The notes under the pieces were generated by a model that had not been told where the DNA came from, did no database searches, and saw only the letters and a program-made list of their open reading frames with translations. Below, in pieces: positions 48,642 through 60,025 of a DNA stretch of 64,000 bases. The position numbers were made by a program, and so were the translations under genes. Source of the stretch: Fistulifera solaris (lineage: Eukaryota). Within the stretch, counting starts at the first letter, position 1, and each line of letters starts with the position of its first letter. The stretch covers positions 992,001-1,056,000 of the forward strand of contig AP026123.1 of assembly GCA_030295235.1 (NCBI GenBank), read 5' to 3'.

Positions 48642-50072
48642 ATGACCTTCTTTGTTTCATTCGAACAAGCCCGCGATCTAGCGTTTGGCCGTGAAGAGTG
48701 GTGGAAGTGTACTGGTCGATACGGGGAGCGCATAGATGAGGAACAACTTCTATCTGACCAGAAAATAGCTCGTCAACCGGTACGCTATAAACACAACAGA
48801 CGGAGCGAGAAAGGTAGATCGACAATGTATGTAGGCGGCTGGAGAGATGGTGATTGCCACGGTTTCGGTGTTTACTATTTCGAGGAGGGTTACGTTATTG
48901 CAGGAACGCGCGCTAAAAACAATCTTAATCCAGCCAAGCTTGTGTGGTTGTCATCGTCGCCCTGCTGGATTAACAACAACTGGCCTAGCTCTGTAATCCG
49001 TGCCAGAGAGGAAGATTGTGACCTTGATGATGAAGAGCCGACGGGCTTGCCTTTCATGTACCTCGGCAGTTTTGTTAACGGGCTAATGGAAGACGACCAC
49101 GCCGCTGTTATTCTTAAAGATGGAACCACACGTATTGGGCCTTGGAAAGCGGGTAATCCGGTGGGAGATTGGTGGGAAGACCACGAGGAGCGATACACTA
49201 CACTGGAAGATCTTGCCACATTGCAATCATTTGGATCAGTTGCTTCTGATCCTTCTAATGAAATCAAAGCTATCAAACAGAAGCTATTCGCGAAAGAGTC
49301 GGCATTCACGGCTATCAGGGACAGTCCTACAACCACTACAGTCTGCAGTGGATCGTACCGAGACAGTCCGACACTTCAGAGAATCGATGAGCACAGAGCA
49401 GCACAACCCGTTGTCGTGACACCTACAGAACGCACGAACCTTTCCTCAATGAAGAAAATTAGCATCTCTGATCTTCCCGAATGCACTGAGAATGACTGTA
49501 GCATTTCTGATTTCGGTCGGTCTCTCGCGACTGACGTACCCGGCAAAGTGTTTCATCACGAGTCTACGCTTTCGTTCCTCGACCAGAATTCCGGCATTCT
49601 GGATGACAAGACTAGCGCCCAGGAAATTACCAATAACATTTGCAACTGGCTAAGCGATGATGTCATTGGAACCGACGCCGACCCCGTGGATATTTACAAG
49701 TACGCTACTAAATTCCAAGAAGATGGATTTCATTCCGTTGAAATGATTCAACGATCGTGTACTCTCGACGACATCGCCGGCTGGATGAAAAAGGCTCATA
49801 TTCGTGTTTTTATCGAGAAAGCGTTCGTACATCGGTCGGAAGTGACTACGTGGTTATCGAAAACGGTCATCCCGAATGCCGACATTGTGGAGGTGGAGGT
49901 GTACCGGCAGCAATTTTTCGACGAAGGTCTGAACTCTGTGGACGCAATCAAGACGATGTGCACTCCACAGGATATTGAAGGCTTCACATGGATGAAGAAG
50001 TTTCATCGTCGTAGTTTGGCTGCATGTATTAGCGCGAAAGGCGAGGACGATCTGTCTAGCAGCGACCAGTAA
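48642..50072 (+). CDS. Protein with MORN-like N-terminal repeats and two C-terminal SAM-like repeats
   Basis: 'YVGGWRDGDCHGFGVYYFEEG', 'YLGSFVNG'. Duplicated W-L...Y---F--(D/E)G--SV--I---CT--DI--WMKK-H-R module. Confidence 0.65.
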   Translation: MTFFVSFEQARDLAFGREEWWKCTGRYGERIDEEQLLSDQKIARQPVRYKHNRRSEKGRSTMYVGGWRDGDCHGFGVYYFEEGYVIAGTRAKNNLNPAKLVWLSSSPCWINNNWPSSVIRAREEDCDLDDEEPTGLPFMYLGSFVNGLMEDDHAAVILKDGTTRIGPWKAGNPVGDWWEDHEERYTTLEDLATLQSFGSVASDPSNEIKAIKQKLFAKESAFTAIRDSPTTTTVCSGSYRDSPTLQRIDEHRAAQPVVVTPTERTNLSSMKKISISDLPECTENDCSISDFGRSLATDVPGKVFHHESTLSFLDQNSGILDDKTSAQEITNNICNWLSDDVIGTDADPVDIYKYATKFQEDGFHSVEMIQRSCTLDDIAGWMKKAHIRVFIEKAFVHRSEVTTWLSKTVIPNADIVEVEVYRQQFFDEGLNSVDAIKTMCTPQDIEGFTWMKKFHRRSLAACISAKGEDDLSSSDQ

Positions 50073-50436
50073 CAAGCTACATAGCGGCAATGAGAAAGAA
50101 ATCATTCCTGGCAAATGACACATCCGTAAATGCTATTCCCTATAAGAAATTGAAATCGAGAATCATTTTTAAATGTGGTTGCTTACAGTGAAAGGGTAGA
50201 AGAAATTGAATCGGTGTGATTTGTTGTAGTATTCCCTACTTGATCAGCAACGCATTATATACAAATAGCCAGCCTGCAATCGTTTGAAAGTTCCCTGCTA
50301 CCTCGTTTTAAAATGAAAATGGTAAAGCAATGAGCGTTTAAAACAATTTTAGCCATTCAATTTATTTTTGTGTAGACTACCACAACTACCGGTATCCCGT
50401 TTCCGTCCTTTCTCTTCTTTGAGAAAACGAATATAT

Positions 50437-50867
50437 CTACTCGTCTTCGTCATCTTCTTCTTCCTCCTCCTCTTCTTCATCTTCGTCATCATCGTCTTCT
50501 CCAAATTTCAGCATTTTGCGAGACATACCGTCCCAAGTTCCGCTTGCTTGTGTTCGCATCACATCTTGATAGTGCGTTCCAAACTCGAGTGTTCCGTTGT
50601 AAGCCAAGCGCGCCGCCGCTTCCTTTGCGCCCAAGCCTCGATACTTGTGTCCGGTCGAGTACCCAATACAGCAGAAATCAAGAGAAAAGAAGATGTGTAC
50701 CAGACAGCAATCACACCTTCCCAGCCTTCTCGTTTGGGATGACCTTCGAAAAGGACCGCTTTGCTGCTCTGCGGCACAGGCATGGCGCCCATGCCGCGTT
50801 TGGCGGTCACATTTCGTGCACCACGGAGGGCAAATCGGCTACGTGCTACCGCTGAAGACAACATCAT
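50437..50867 (-). CDS. NDUFB11: Complex I ESSS subunit (NDUFB11-like) with acidic tail; one indel
   Basis: Arg-rich presequence, 'REGWE' + TM + 'PDTSIEAWA-KEAAARL', poly-D/E C-terminus. Confidence 0.75.
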
Positions 50868-51304
50868 AGTGTGTAATTCGTAATCACAATTACTTGACAC
50901 GCACCAAGTGGATCTCTTTGATAGCAATTGCGTTGCAATAATTTGTGCGTGCTTCGCGCTTCGCTGCTGCGTTTTGTTTGGTGTCCGACCGTCGTCCTCC
51001 AATCGAAAATTTTGTACTTTGCATGTCTCACCGAGCGAGTATTAAGTCTAGGATAAAGTGTAGATTTAAGGCGTGCACGGCTCGCGACTGAACTAACGTT
51101 TACGTTACTAGTCCCGTTTACAGACTGTCCGTCGTACGTTCCGCTTTTTCAAAGCCAACCAATAAGACGAGCGAAGACAAAATTTCGCCTCAACCATTTT
51201 TGTTGTCGATCAAAGACAATTGCGAAGAAACTTGACTTCTTTGGAGAAGAATACATCCCAATACATTAAACGCATAAGAAGCGTCGAATCAACACTTGAT
51301 AGTC

Positions 51305-54300
51305 ATGGTGGAGAGCAAAAGAAAGAAGTTTCACGATAAAGACAAGTATTATCGACGTAAGTCTCGACACGTTGCTCGTCCTTCTTTGAGAATTGCCTTG
51401 CCTAAGGGTTGGGAAATGAATTTCTATTTTATTGTTATGTGGTTGAAATCGACTAACGACTCATTTGTCTCTTGTGTTTCCAGTTGCGAAAGAGCAAGGG
51501 TTAAGATCTCGTGCCGCTTTCAAGCTCAGTCAAATCAACAGAAAATATCCATTCCTAGAAAAGTGTCAGCATGGAGTCCTCGATATTTGCGCTGCACCCG
51601 GAGGATGGGCACAGATGTCACTCAAAACATGCCCGAAGGGTATTCCAATTGTTGCTGTCGATATTCTTCCTATTAGACATATCCCAGGAGTCAAAACTCT
51701 CATTGGAGATATAACAACGGCCAAATGCCAAGCGGAGATTCACAAAACCGTCGGAAAGGTCGACGCCGTGTTGCACGATGGTGCTCCGAACGTCGGTGCT
51801 GAATACGGTAAAGACGCATACGAACAGAACGAGTTGGTATTGCATGCTTTGAAATGCGCTACGCATCATTTGTTGCCCGGAGGGACGTTTTGTACGAAGG
51901 TGTATCGCTCAAAAGATTACGCATCGATTCAGTGGGTATTGAACCAGCTTTTCGGAACCATTCATACGATCAAACCAGCGGCAAGTCGTAGTCAGTCGGC
52001 TGAAATTTTCTTTCTTTGTCTCCAGTATAAGGCACCGACCAAGATAGATCCGCGCTTGTTCGATCCCAAACATATTTTCGCGGATGACATCGCCGCCAGC
52101 ACGGGTGGAGTCATGGCTACTTCGTCGTCTGGGTTGACTGTCCTTGACAAGAATTGGGACAAGAAACGCCGTAAGCGTGGAGGGTATGATATGGAACACT
52201 TGGATGCGACCATGAGACACATTGAAAGTGTCCGCGATTTCGTCATGCTGCCAGCTATGAAATCAGCGGTCGATCTCTTGTCTCAGAGTACTGGACTTTC
52301 TTTCTATTGTCAAACTTGTAAAGAAGACCGCAACGCAGTCGATAAGAAAGGCGATAAACCGACTTGTCCTTGCGAATTCCTGTTGCACCATCCCTTGACC
52401 AGTGCTGATATCAAAGAATGTGTTAGCGATTTGCAAGTTTTGAATCAATCTGACTTCAAAAGGCTTTTGAGTTGGCGAACGCAGATGAGGGATGCCCTCA
52501 ATGCTAGGGATGAAATGAATGAAGCGGATTCCGACGAAGAGTCTGACAAAGACGAGAAATCATCAGATATTGATAGCGAAGAGGAAGATGAAAAAGTGTT
52601 ACAAGAAATTGCGGAGCTCAAGGCTCGTCGACAACGTGAAAGGAAACGGCAAAAGAAAAAGGAGAAGGAGCTGGCCGCTAAGCGAAGACGCCGTGCGGCG
52701 ATGGATGTTTTGCAAATTGACGAAGCAGAAGACGACAAGATTTTCACGCTAGCTACTCTTACGAGCCAAGCGGATCTTGACGCAACCGTGGATGTCAACC
52801 TTGACCAGTTGACTGACGAACAGATTTTTGGGAACGAATCGGATGACGACGATGGAAATGATTCGGGCATTAACGCTGATGAAGACGAAGAAGAGCGCCG
52901 AAAGGCTCTTCGCGAAAAGGCGCTAGACGATGCTTACAACATGTATCTACGAAATACAAAAAATGGAGAGGCGAAAAGCGGGACGAGAATGGCTAAGCGA
53001 TCCAAGAAGCTTGAGCGACAGAAGGTAGTTGAAGAGGCGTTAGAAGACCAGGAGATGGCTCTTGTTGGAAAGAGCATGAGCGACTATAACACGCGAACAT
53101 ACGCGGAGATGCTGACAGGACCGAAAGACAGCGACGACAGCGACAGCGATGCAAGTGATGACGACGGAGACGATGGGTTTAGCGATGATCCGATGACTCC
53201 TGAAGAGCACGCAATTCTTGTACAGCAGCGAAAGTCAGAAAAGACGAAGCTTTCCAATCCATTGATTCACTCCTTTGCCGAAGATGAGAAACCCTCCGTC
53301 AAGAGCGCTCGCTGGTTTAGCAATCCTCTTTTCACGTCGATTGGTAAGGCAGCAGAAGAAGCTGATACAGACAGTAGACGTCGAGGTGGTCGCGATGAAG
53401 ACGATTCCGATGCGGATGAAAGCGACGCAGACACAGCGGGCAGCGACAAACCAAAGAAGAAGAGAAAGGTTGGCATCAGCGCGGATGAAGTCCTGGCAAT
53501 GATTCCAAAAACAGACAAGCAAGTTCGTCACGAGAAAAGATTGAAAGCAATGGCGCGCGAAGAACGGAAGAAAGACCGACGTGCGAAGCAGTTAGGAAAA
53601 TCAGAAGAAGAATTCGAACTTGTGCCAGCTGGGGGCAGGGAACAGACGAGAAGGATGATGTAATTGGTGGGATGGAAAATATGTCAGAAGCTCAGAAGAA
53701 GCGACTCCTGGAAGCTAGAGCACTCATTAAAGCCGGTATGGGAGCTCAGACAGGGGTGCACGAAAAAGACGGCTCGAGTATTGAGGTCGTTCCTGGACAG
53801 CCCCTGCCTAAAGTGGACTTGCGCAATTATGGTGACGAAGATTACGACAGCGATGACTACGCCCAGACGCTTGCCTTGGGAACTATGATGCTGCGAAGGA
53901 GCAAGGAAAAGGCGTTTGTGGATGCCTCGTACAACCGTTACGCTTGGAACGATCCGGAAGACCTACCTGACTGGTTCGTCGATGACGAGAATAAGCACTA
54001 TCGTCCCCAACTTCCAATCCCCCCGGCTCTTGTTGCGAAGATGAAAGAAAGAGTTTTGGCATTGACGATGAAACCAATTAAGAAAGTGGCCGAAGCTCGC
54101 GCGCGAAAAGAAGAAACGAGCTCGTGATAAACTGGCTGCAGCGAAAAGAAAGCCGAAGCGATGGCAAAGTCGAACTCCGATATGTCAGAAGCCATGAAAC
54201 TCAAAGCGATTAGCAAAGCGCTGCGCGGGCAGGATTCTAAAAACCCGGCAAATCTGTCGTTGTTGCAAAGAAAGGGCGCGCGGGTATGCAAGGCGCCAAG

Positions 54301-54390
54301 GGCGTCAAGCTAGTGGACAAGCGAATGAAAGCAGACGCAAGAGGCATGAAACGAGCAGAAAAGAAAAAGGGCGGAAAAAGGAAAAGGTAA
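51305..54390 (+). CDS. SPB1: SPB1/FTSJ3 rRNA 2'-O-methyltransferase; intron 51357-51483; frameshifted 3' part
   Basis: Spliced 'DKYYR|LAKEQGLRSRAAFKL', 'DICAAPGGW', 'LHDGAPNVG', 'KPAASRSQSAEIF', 'VDASYNRYAWND...LPDWF', 'PIKKVAEARARK', 'KLVDKRMKAD'. Confidence 0.95.
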
Positions 54391-54607
54391 ATGTTTTTCT
54401 TTTGCTAAGTAGTAAGTGAAGGGATACAAAAGTAAATTAGACTGCCTGTATTTTCGTCGCTATTGGTGTCTGAGTCTGAGCCCTTCAAGAGTGAATCTGA
54501 GCAGAATAAACCGTAAGCTTTTAGACCGTTGGCGCAAGTAATTCTTGTTTACCTAGTATTAATTTCGGATCTTGGTAACAAATAAGATCTTACAGAAAAA
54601 ACGTTGG

Positions 54608-54738
54608 ACATCGAATATCACACTTGATATTTGATCATCGAATATCTAACTTAATCGTTGAATATCGAATGCCATACTGATCTGTGATCATCAAGAATCC
54701 AAGTTTCTAGTTGATCATCGAATATCAAACTTGATTTT
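54608..54738. repeat. Short degenerate repeats of (GATCA)TCGAATATC-AACTT
   Basis: catcgaatatc occurs three times (about 54609, 54637, 54716), with partial copies between. Confidence 0.55.
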
Positions 54739-55143
54739 GTGTAGATAGAAGTCGTCGCTGTCGTCGTTCATTCGGGAAATAGATGAAGATGATTGCCAGT
54801 CCACCGAAGACAGGAACAAGGTATTGGTACCAGGTACTGTACCAGTAGTAAGGTACAGGGGCTATCATAGAGTTCCGTGACTCCCTACTCCCTACCCCCT
54901 AACCTTAGCATTTGGACGGACTTCAGAACATGTTTCGCTGTTAGAATATTCTTTGCGAATGCGACACCGAACGAAATTCAAACCTTTTGCGACCATGACG
55001 CACTGCACTCATCATACACTGCATGCGGATCATTATTCTTCAATCGGCTCGCCGTTCGGGCATTCGTCGTCTTTGCTGCATACCAAACAAAAATCAATTT
55101 GTGATTGTCGGATAGCATCGGAATTTACGTCGAGCAAGGCAGC

Positions 55144-56010
55144 ATGAGAAGGTCTTCACATTCACGGATGTGGTTTTTCCTCATCGGCGGGTCCCTATTG
55201 TGGGCTACTTGTCGAGCGTTTGTCTTCTCTCGTGAATCATGTACTCGTCGAAAACCATTTCTCCATATGGTGGATCCCTGGAATGAGAAGCAGTCATCAT
55301 TACCAGTTGTGTTCGGTGACAGCCAGCCTTTGAGAATAAACGGTGCCGACGCGACCGACGCTTCACAATTTGGAATGTCCGTTTCTCGAAACGACAAACC
55401 CGATGTTACCCAATTTCGGCAGCGCAATGTTGTTGTCGCCATCGTGGCCATCGCTTTGGCGATCGGTCAATATGCCTGGCAGTTTACGCACCCAGTGACA
55501 CCCGTTTCCTTATTGATGCAAATGACACAAGAATCGAGCGCCCCACAAATCATCGGAACCAACAACAAACCCACATTGGTCGATTTTTGGGCACCCTGGT
55601 GTGAAAACTGTCGCATCATGGCCCCGACACTCCGTGCTCTACATGAGGAATACAAAGATCAAATTAATTTCGTTACCATCAACGCCGACGCTACGGATCG
55701 AAATCCCTGGCCTTTGATTAATGCTTTTGGCGTCGATGCTATCCCGCACTTGGCGCTGGTGAATGCGCAAGGTGACGTCGAAACAGCATTGATCGGTCTA
55801 GTACCCAAGAGCATTTTATCGGCGGATTTGGACGTCTTGCTTCGGAATGCTGCAATCGATTGCCCACCAGCTGCGACCAGTAGCAGTATAGAGTCTTCCT
55901 TGGAGAGTACGACAGCGCTCATGTGCACGGAGCGTAAAGAACTCCCTTATCAAATGTTAGATGCCTTTCAAGGGCGACCTGAACAACGTAGGGTGCGATT
56001 CGATCCATAA
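55144..56010 (+). CDS. HCF164: HCF164-like thylakoid thioredoxin
   Basis: Signal peptide ending 'CRA-FV', a TM segment, 'KPTLVDFWAPWCENC', 'FGVDAIPHLAL', 'ETALIG'. Confidence 0.8.
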   Translation: MRRSSHSRMWFFLIGGSLLWATCRAFVFSRESCTRRKPFLHMVDPWNEKQSSLPVVFGDSQPLRINGADATDASQFGMSVSRNDKPDVTQFRQRNVVVAIVAIALAIGQYAWQFTHPVTPVSLLMQMTQESSAPQIIGTNNKPTLVDFWAPWCENCRIMAPTLRALHEEYKDQINFVTINADATDRNPWPLINAFGVDAIPHLALVNAQGDVETALIGLVPKSILSADLDVLLRNAAIDCPPAATSSSIESSLESTTALMCTERKELPYQMLDAFQGRPEQRRVRFDP

Positions 56011-56089
56011 TAGTAAGGTAGAGAAGAGGCGTCAAATACAAAGTAAGTAGAGCTACTGCTTAAAACAAAGAGTTTTAGTTGATATAAAT

Positions 56090-56816
56090 TTATTTGGCAG
56101 GAGCAGCTTTCACTTTTTTGGCAGGAGCCTTTGCGGCCTTCTTTTTCTTGGCATTGTTGATAAGGGGATTCAAATCCTCGACTACTTTAGCGGTGATATT
56201 GTCAACATTGATTTCGACTTCATCTTCCGTAGCATTTCTCTTCAAGGCTTGCGGACATTTCTGCTCGAGCTCCACCAAAACGCGACCAAGATCTTCCTTA
56301 CTAATTTGAAAGAGTGATTTGGCGAAATTGCGTCGATCTTGTAAACTGAGCTTGCCAGCCGTGTCTTCTTTCGAGGGAGGCGCCGGGGCCGCCACGCGAC
56401 AATCTTTGAGCAACGCGGTGTATTGCTTGTCCCATTTCTCTTGCAAATCTTTGGCGAGAGTGTAGAAATCGGATCCGTCGGCATTGTAGGTCATGCAATT
56501 ACGCCAAACGAGCCTCACATCTTCATTTACCTGATAAAGCGTCTGGTAATGGTCTTTCTTTTCAAACGCGTCTTGATCGTTCCCAAATCCATCGGGTGTT
56601 TAATGATGTGCGGGTAATCCGTCAAACCTTTATTAGACGAATACGTAAAACGTTATTCAGCAGCAAAGCAGTCAACTAATAAGGAACTCAAACAGCTCAC
56701 ATACCGTAGGCCTTCCAGTCTACTGGAACACGGAATGGTTCCGCTTCCGGACGATTGTAAAAGCTGTCAACCAGCTTCATTGTACGATTCCAATCTTCTT
56801 CCGTGGGTGCTGACAT
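56090..56816 (-). CDS. Small bromodomain + ET-domain protein; intron 56628-56704; one indel
   Basis: 'AEPFRVPVDWKAY|GLTDYPHIIKHPMDLGTIK...VRLVWRNCMTYN', then ET-like 'ISKEDLGRVL...DEVEINVDNI'. Confidence 0.85.
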
Positions 56817-56879
56817 GATATTGTCTGTGTTGAAGTAGTTCTTCAGTGAATCTGTTAATGTTTGGTAGCTTGTGCTTAA

Positions 56880-57905
56880 TGGACACGGTGTTTTGGATCA
56901 CAAACGACGAAGAAAGCCAGAAAGAGCATGTTCCAGAAAATCTGGTAAATGCAGGTTCCAGAAAATCTGGAATTCTGGATGAGTCAATTCATGTCATACA
57001 GAAATTCTGTAGTGGTTCAGAAATTCTGGACCAGATTTTTCGATCCTACCGAAATGCTAAAAACGTTTTGGAGATAGTCTGGACACGGTGTTTTGGGATC
57101 CTACCGAAATGCGGTGCACGCTCATGATTTTCTGGACGCGGTGTTTTGATGATAACGAAAGAAAGTGCACATTCCAGAAAATCTGGAATTCTGGATGAGT
57201 CATTTCAGGTCATACAGAAATTCTGTAGTGGTCCAGAAATTCTGGACCAGATTTTTTCGATCCTACCGAAATGCTAAAAACGTTTTGGAGATAGTCTGGG
57301 CACGGTGTTTTGGATCCTAACGAAATGCGGTGCATGTCAAGATTTTCTGGACGCGGTGTTTTGATGATAACGAAAGAAAGTGCACATTCCAGAAAATCTG
57401 GAATTCTGGATGAGTCATTTCAGGTCATACAGAAATTCTGTAGTGGTTCAGAAATTCTGGACCAGATTTTTTCGATCCTACCGAAATGCTAAAAAACGTT
57501 TTGGAAGTAGTCTGGACACGGTGTTTGGGATCCTACCGACATGCGTTGCACGCTTAAGATTTTCTGGACGCGGTGTTGTGATGATAACGAAAGATAGTGC
57601 ACATTCCAGAAAATCTGGAATTCTGGATGAGTCAATTCATGTCATACAGAAATTCTGTAGTGGTTCAGAAATTCTGGACCAGATTTTTTCGATCCTACCG
57701 AAATGCTAAATACGTTTTGGAAGTAGTCTGGGCACGGTGTTTTGGGTCCTAACGAAATGCAGTGCATCTCAAGATTTTCTGGAGGCGGTGTTTTGATGAT
57801 AACGAAAGAAAGTGCACATTCCAGAAAATCTGGAATTCTGGATGAGTCATTTCATGTCATACAGAAATTCTGTAGTGGTCCAGAAAATCTGGACCAGATT
57901 TTTCG
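56880..57905. repeat. Tandem array of 215-217-bp units (about 4.7 copies)
   Basis: TTCCAGAAAATCTGGAATTCTGGATGAGTCA starts at 56956, 57172, 57387, 57604 and 57819. Confidence 0.97.
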
Positions 57906-58016
57906 TTGACGGCGACGAGAAAGAGAAAATGAAAAAACAACTTTTGGCGTGCGATGACGAGTGCGAGAACGACGACGAGATCAATGAAACGAGAGTGCAT
58001 TCAATTGCACATTGAT

Positions 58017-58412
58017 ATGACAATGAGCTGGAGATTATTATTATTCTTATATTCGATGCTCCTGAGCTCATCGAGTGCATTCGTCATCCCCAAGTATCGA
58101 GAGAGCGGTACCGCTTGTCGGATCAGCAGTGGATTTTCTTTTCAAGGCGACAACCAAATTCTCATATCCGCCCAGAAACCGCTTGGTTTAATCCTAGAAG
58201 AACAAGAAGATGCTTCTATATCAGTCGTTGAAATGGACGAAACTGGATCCGCGGCGAAAGCAGGTGTCAAAATTGGGGATGTTCTTTTGTCGGTACAGAA
58301 TGCATCTGTCGAAAACGTTTCACTGGAACAAGCTATGACTTTCATCGCACGATCCCCCAAGGTAGTCAATCTTCGATTTGCCCGGACTTCTCAAAGCCGT
58401 AATGTGGATTGA
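58017..58412 (+). CDS. Small plastid-targeted PDZ-domain protein
   Basis: Signal peptide ending 'SSSA-FVIP'. PDZ pattern 'KPLGLILEE...GSAAKAGVKIGDVLLSVQ'. Confidence 0.8.
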   Translation: MTMSWRLLLFLYSMLLSSSSAFVIPKYRESGTACRISSGFSFQGDNQILISAQKPLGLILEEQEDASISVVEMDETGSAAKAGVKIGDVLLSVQNASVENVSLEQAMTFIARSPKVVNLRFARTSQSRNVD

Positions 58413-58877
58413 TAATCGTGTCGGAAGCGTAGCCGGCCACAGGGTTTCTTTAATTAAAAGTCACCCGCAGCAACACATCGGCCTTGCTTTCGAGTCTACA
58501 TCCTCGTGATGCGGAGCACAGCGAGGATTCCAAGTGTGCTCTACGTGGATAATCGAGTCGCAATGGCAGAGTTGCTAACTCGCATTTAAAGATTTGCTCG
58601 CGTGGACCTTGCTATGTCCTGAACCTGTTGCAGCTATTATACTACCTTTTGCGTTCTACCCATCTGGAACTAGGAGAGACCTTTTTTTAAGTGAAGCATG
58701 GAAGTATACGCGTTAGAGTGGCAGGTGATAGGCCTTCGAGCAAGTCACCACCCCCATAAGGGCGACTCGAGAGTATTCACCGAGTGCTCTTCGATCTGAA
58801 AAGTCTTATTGGAACCTCATAAAATAGGCCCCTTTACGTTTGACTTGTATAAGACGGGACGAGTAAAGCAAGTCCTG

Positions 58878-60025
58878 TCAGTTTGAGAAAGTAGACCCTT
58901 CCCATTCCCCGTAGTCTCTGACTAGTTGAAAACGACAATGACTTGCATCCATAGGAAACCTGCAGCCACAGTATTTTTCGTGAAGAATGTTTAACACGGA
59001 TTCTTGAAGGTCCTCCGTCACGCTGACCGGGGTGAAACCTTCAAAACTGCTCCTCGCTACGGAAATAAAGAATGGGCAAGCAACCGGCAAATTCGCCGAA
59101 AAGTGGTGCAATCGTTCGGTCATGCGGTTGCTGTTGGAGCCATCATGGGGCATGGTAAGGATATTAGCCATTTCGCTGGGTAAAGCTTTTCTGTCGATGC
59201 GATACTGCTGTATCGAGGCAAACAGCTCAAATGCATCCTCTTTGTCTTCAAAGAAAGCAGTCAACTCATTTATCTCTTCCTGTGATTCGGGTCTTTTTAT
59301 GATGTCATTCCAACAGGTTTGAAAGCGTTGCATCCACTGAATATGGTTCGACGACGTTGAATTGCCGTAGTTACAACATGGTATTGATCGATGCAAGAGA
59401 CTGGCCAGTTGTTCGTCTTCTACAAACGGATTGTGACAATAAAAGTAATCCAAGCAAACATCAAAGCCGTATGTAGGTTGGAGTCGCTCCTGATTGGGAA
59501 TGGAACTGACGAGCAACTGCAGTTCTTGTGGCAAGAGCAATTTCTCTCGAACATCGTCATCGTCTTGATAATATGGAACCGACCAATTGACTTTGAGCAG
59601 CGCGTCGTGCGGCAAATCGAGAAACGATTCGACGGGAGTGTTGTTAGTAGGACTCCATGCGCCAACGTGAAGCGTGAAATCTCCGTCGGGAAGTTGTTGC
59701 ATGGACGTTTCGAGAGGACGGATCCATTGAATATGTTGTAGTCGCGCCGCCAATACTAGAGGCAATATCCATTCAGCAATACCCGAGGATGTAGCATCGA
59801 GCGCATCATAGAGGGATTCATGTTCATCAAGAGTGTCATGAGGACGAAAACAGTGCTTTGCTGGACAGCGTGGACACGCGAGATCGGGATGGGCGTCCCA
59901 GTGCAGCATTGACCACGAAGTAAGGAGAAGCTTTGACGACGCAAAATGAAGTGAATATGTTCGAGCGCGTGATGATGTGATTCGACGATGATGACCGGGA
60001 TTTTCGGTGGAGTGCTCTTCGTCAT
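58878..60025 (-). CDS. UPF0489 (C5orf22-like) protein; one indel near the 5' end
   Basis: 'IPVIIVESHHHALEHIH', 'MLHWDAHPDLACP', 'IAEWILP', 'DVCLDYFYCHNPF', 'SVARSSFEGFTP'. Confidence 0.8.

Noticed and set aside
56846..58015. ORFs inside the 216-bp array
   Set aside because: Unit lengths of 215-217 bp do not preserve frame, and stop codons recur.
58768..58790. Hairpin AGAGTATTC-ACC-GAGTGCTCT as an ncRNA
   Set aside because: A single short stem with G-U pairs between convergent genes, with no snRNA, SRP or RNase P signature.
1144..60025. Calling the frameshifted genes pseudogenes or programmed frameshifts
   Set aside because: Essential genes are affected, catalytic motifs are intact, and indels concentrate in homopolymers. 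Assembly error is the simpler explanation.
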